This document shows, one piece after another, positions 62,158 through 64,000 of a stretch of 64,000 nt of DNA; within the stretch, counting starts at the first letter, position 1; the number at the start of each line of letters is the position of its first letter. The stretch spans positions 1-64,000 of the forward strand of contig MU271228.1 of assembly GCA_021432655.1 (NCBI GenBank). The letters are read 5' to 3'. The notes beneath the pieces were generated by a model that was not told the origin of the DNA, did not search any database, and was given only the letters and a program-made list of their open reading frames with translations. This stretch comes from Atractiella rhizophila. Lineage: Eukaryota. The position numbers and the translations under genes were made by a program.

Positions 62158-62957
62158 ATGGCCGGAAACGTATTGCTGGAGACCAGCATGGGTCCGATAC
62201 AAATTGAGCTGTACTGGCAACATGCGCCAAAGGTTTGCTAGTCTCACTTACTTACCCAGAATTTCGATTAACTTGAATATGACAAGGAAAGACTTGCAAG
62301 AACTTTTACGAACTCTCGAAAAGCAATTACTACGGTGGAACAATCTTCCATAGGGTTATTTCAGTACGCCCTTTGTTCTTGCTTCAAAATGTCACGTGAC
62401 CTTCTTTGCAGGATTTTATGATCCAAGGTTCGCCCGCTCTTTCTTTCCGACTTGATAACGATTTATGCCTACATTTGCAGGAGGAGACCCAACAGGTACC
62501 GGCAGAGGCGGATCCTCCATCTTTGGGGAGAAATTTGAGGACGAAATTCACCCTGACCTTCGATTCAGTGGAGCAGGGATCCTTGCGGTGTGTCCGTCCC
62601 CTACAGAATTCCTCCTTAAATTTTCTTACTTGTTATTTCAAAGATGGCCAACTCCGGTCCTAACACAAACGGTTCGCAGTAAGGCCTACAATCTTTCTTT
62701 TGTGAACCATCAACTTACAATCGCCTGCAGATTTTTCATCACTCTGGCTCCCACACCGCATCTCAATAAAAAGCATACTATATTCGGGAGAGTTAGTACA
62801 GGGATGAGGGTTGTTGAACGACTGGGTGCCGTAGCGACGGATAATGATGATCGGTAGGTCGTTCTAGTTATGGAAGAGGACCCGAAAGCTCATAGACGAC
62901 GGCGCTTACAGACCGAAGCAAGAAGTGAATATCATGAAGAGCAAAGTCGTTGACTGA
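62158..62957 (+). CDS. Cyclophilin PPIL1 (spliceosomal Cyp1-like), many introns
   Basis: MAGNVLLETSMGPIQIELYWQHAPK|TCKNF..FHRVI|DFMIQ|GGDPTGTGRGGSSIFGEKFEDEI..FFITLAPTPHLNKKHTIFGRV. Confidence 0.92.
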
Positions 62958-63361
62958 GGCACACTGACCTTTGAGGAAGTATTGTACGATTACAGGGCAG
63001 TCTTGTTAATCTGCTGCGAAAAATTTGTTTCTTCCCAAAATTAATATAATATTGTGCTCTACACCAGAGCAATAAAGCACACTCGGCCTCTGGGGCTCTA
63101 TTCTGACATTTGTGTTGGACACAACATGGCGAGAAAGTAAATAATCTCACGTGCCATGAGGGTAGTTGTGACATGCTCTCCCTCGTCAAGGTTTCAAGGC
63201 TTCAACGTCCAACCAACCGTACCACGCCAAAAACGCGAAATATTCGCGTGGAAATACACACCGACTAGTCATATTCGCCGTGATTATTGAATATCTGAAG
63301 ACTGTCCGTTTCTCTTCCCTCATCTGCGAAAGATCCCTGATATGTACTCTGCAACAGACAG

Positions 63362-63967
63362 ATGTTGTCCGAAGGAGCCAACCAGCTCATGGGAGAATCT
63401 GCCCGCGCGCTCTCAACCAACACTCTCCGTCCCTACCCAGATAGCATCCTCTCCTCTGTATTCCGCGAGACGCGTGCCCTCGGTACACAGCTGGAGACAG
63501 CGAACGAGATCAGCACTCAGTTAGCAGATGACCCAGCCGCCACTTGCCAGCTCATGGTTTCCGCCTTGGCAGCTCAAAGGAACGGACGATGTCTCCTTGC
63601 CTTTCACCATCAGCGCTTGCAGTGGCTAAAGCAGAGGTATTGGGAAAAGGGTGCGGTCGCCTCGGTGGTCCTTGGGGATCAGGATGTGAGGAGGAATATG
63701 AGTGCGGCCGAGGTGGATTTCATGAGGAAGTACAGTCAATTGGTGATGGATTACAAAGGGGCTTTCATAGATGCCGTCGATATTTCTGGGAACGGTACGA
63801 GACCACCGAGCAGTCCGTTTATCCAGGTTAGAGTACTTAAAGATTGTGGAGAGATTGAGACGGAGTCGGGCACCATCAAGCTTAACAAGGGGAGCCAGTT
63901 TTATGTCAAGCAGCCGGACGTGGAGAGATTGTTGATGGCAGGAGTGTTGGAGCAAATATTTGATTAA
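63362..63967 (+). CDS. PSF1: GINS complex subunit Psf1
   Basis: QRNGRCLLAFHHQRL..W; PPSSPFIQVRVLKDCGEIETESGTIKLNKGSQFYVKQPDVERLL. Confidence 0.93.
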   Translation: MLSEGANQLMGESARALSTNTLRPYPDSILSSVFRETRALGTQLETANEISTQLADDPAATCQLMVSALAAQRNGRCLLAFHHQRLQWLKQRYWEKGAVASVVLGDQDVRRNMSAAEVDFMRKYSQLVMDYKGAFIDAVDISGNGTRPPSSPFIQVRVLKDCGEIETESGTIKLNKGSQFYVKQPDVERLLMAGVLEQIFD

Positions 63968-64000
63968 TTCTTTTCTCATCTCACTCCGTACCCTTTCGAT

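Overview
Gene-dense, intron-rich eukaryotic DNA, most consistent with a basidiomycete fungus (many ~45-70 nt GT-AG introns, micro-exons). It holds about 20 protein-coding genes: cyclophilin B (3' part), an EFM6/METTL21-type lysine methyltransferase, a P4-ATPase flippase, a histidine-phosphatase (PGM-family) gene plus a decayed partial copy, trimethyllysine dioxygenase, a Zn2Cys6 factor, two large low-complexity proteins, succinyl-CoA ligase beta, an F-box-like protein, a GFA/Mss4-like protein, LTO1, SDHAF1, carnitine acetyltransferase, Nup159, Mpe1, NDUFS3, PPIL1 and Psf1. It also has a U2 snRNA and a tRNA-Asp-like gene. There are two recent head-to-tail tandem duplications: ~2.93 kb carrying a six-exon stand-alone RNase III-domain gene with degenerate catalytic residues, and ~3.66 kb carrying carnitine acetyltransferase with an SDHAF1/Nup159 chimeric junction. 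The most unusual signals are the duplicated RNase III pseudo-nuclease, a U2 with an intact 5' core but non-canonical Sm site and loop IV, a tRNA-Asp body with an abnormal anticodon loop, and a long structured intron in the trimethyllysine dioxygenase gene. All gene models were spliced by eye and no database searches were run.
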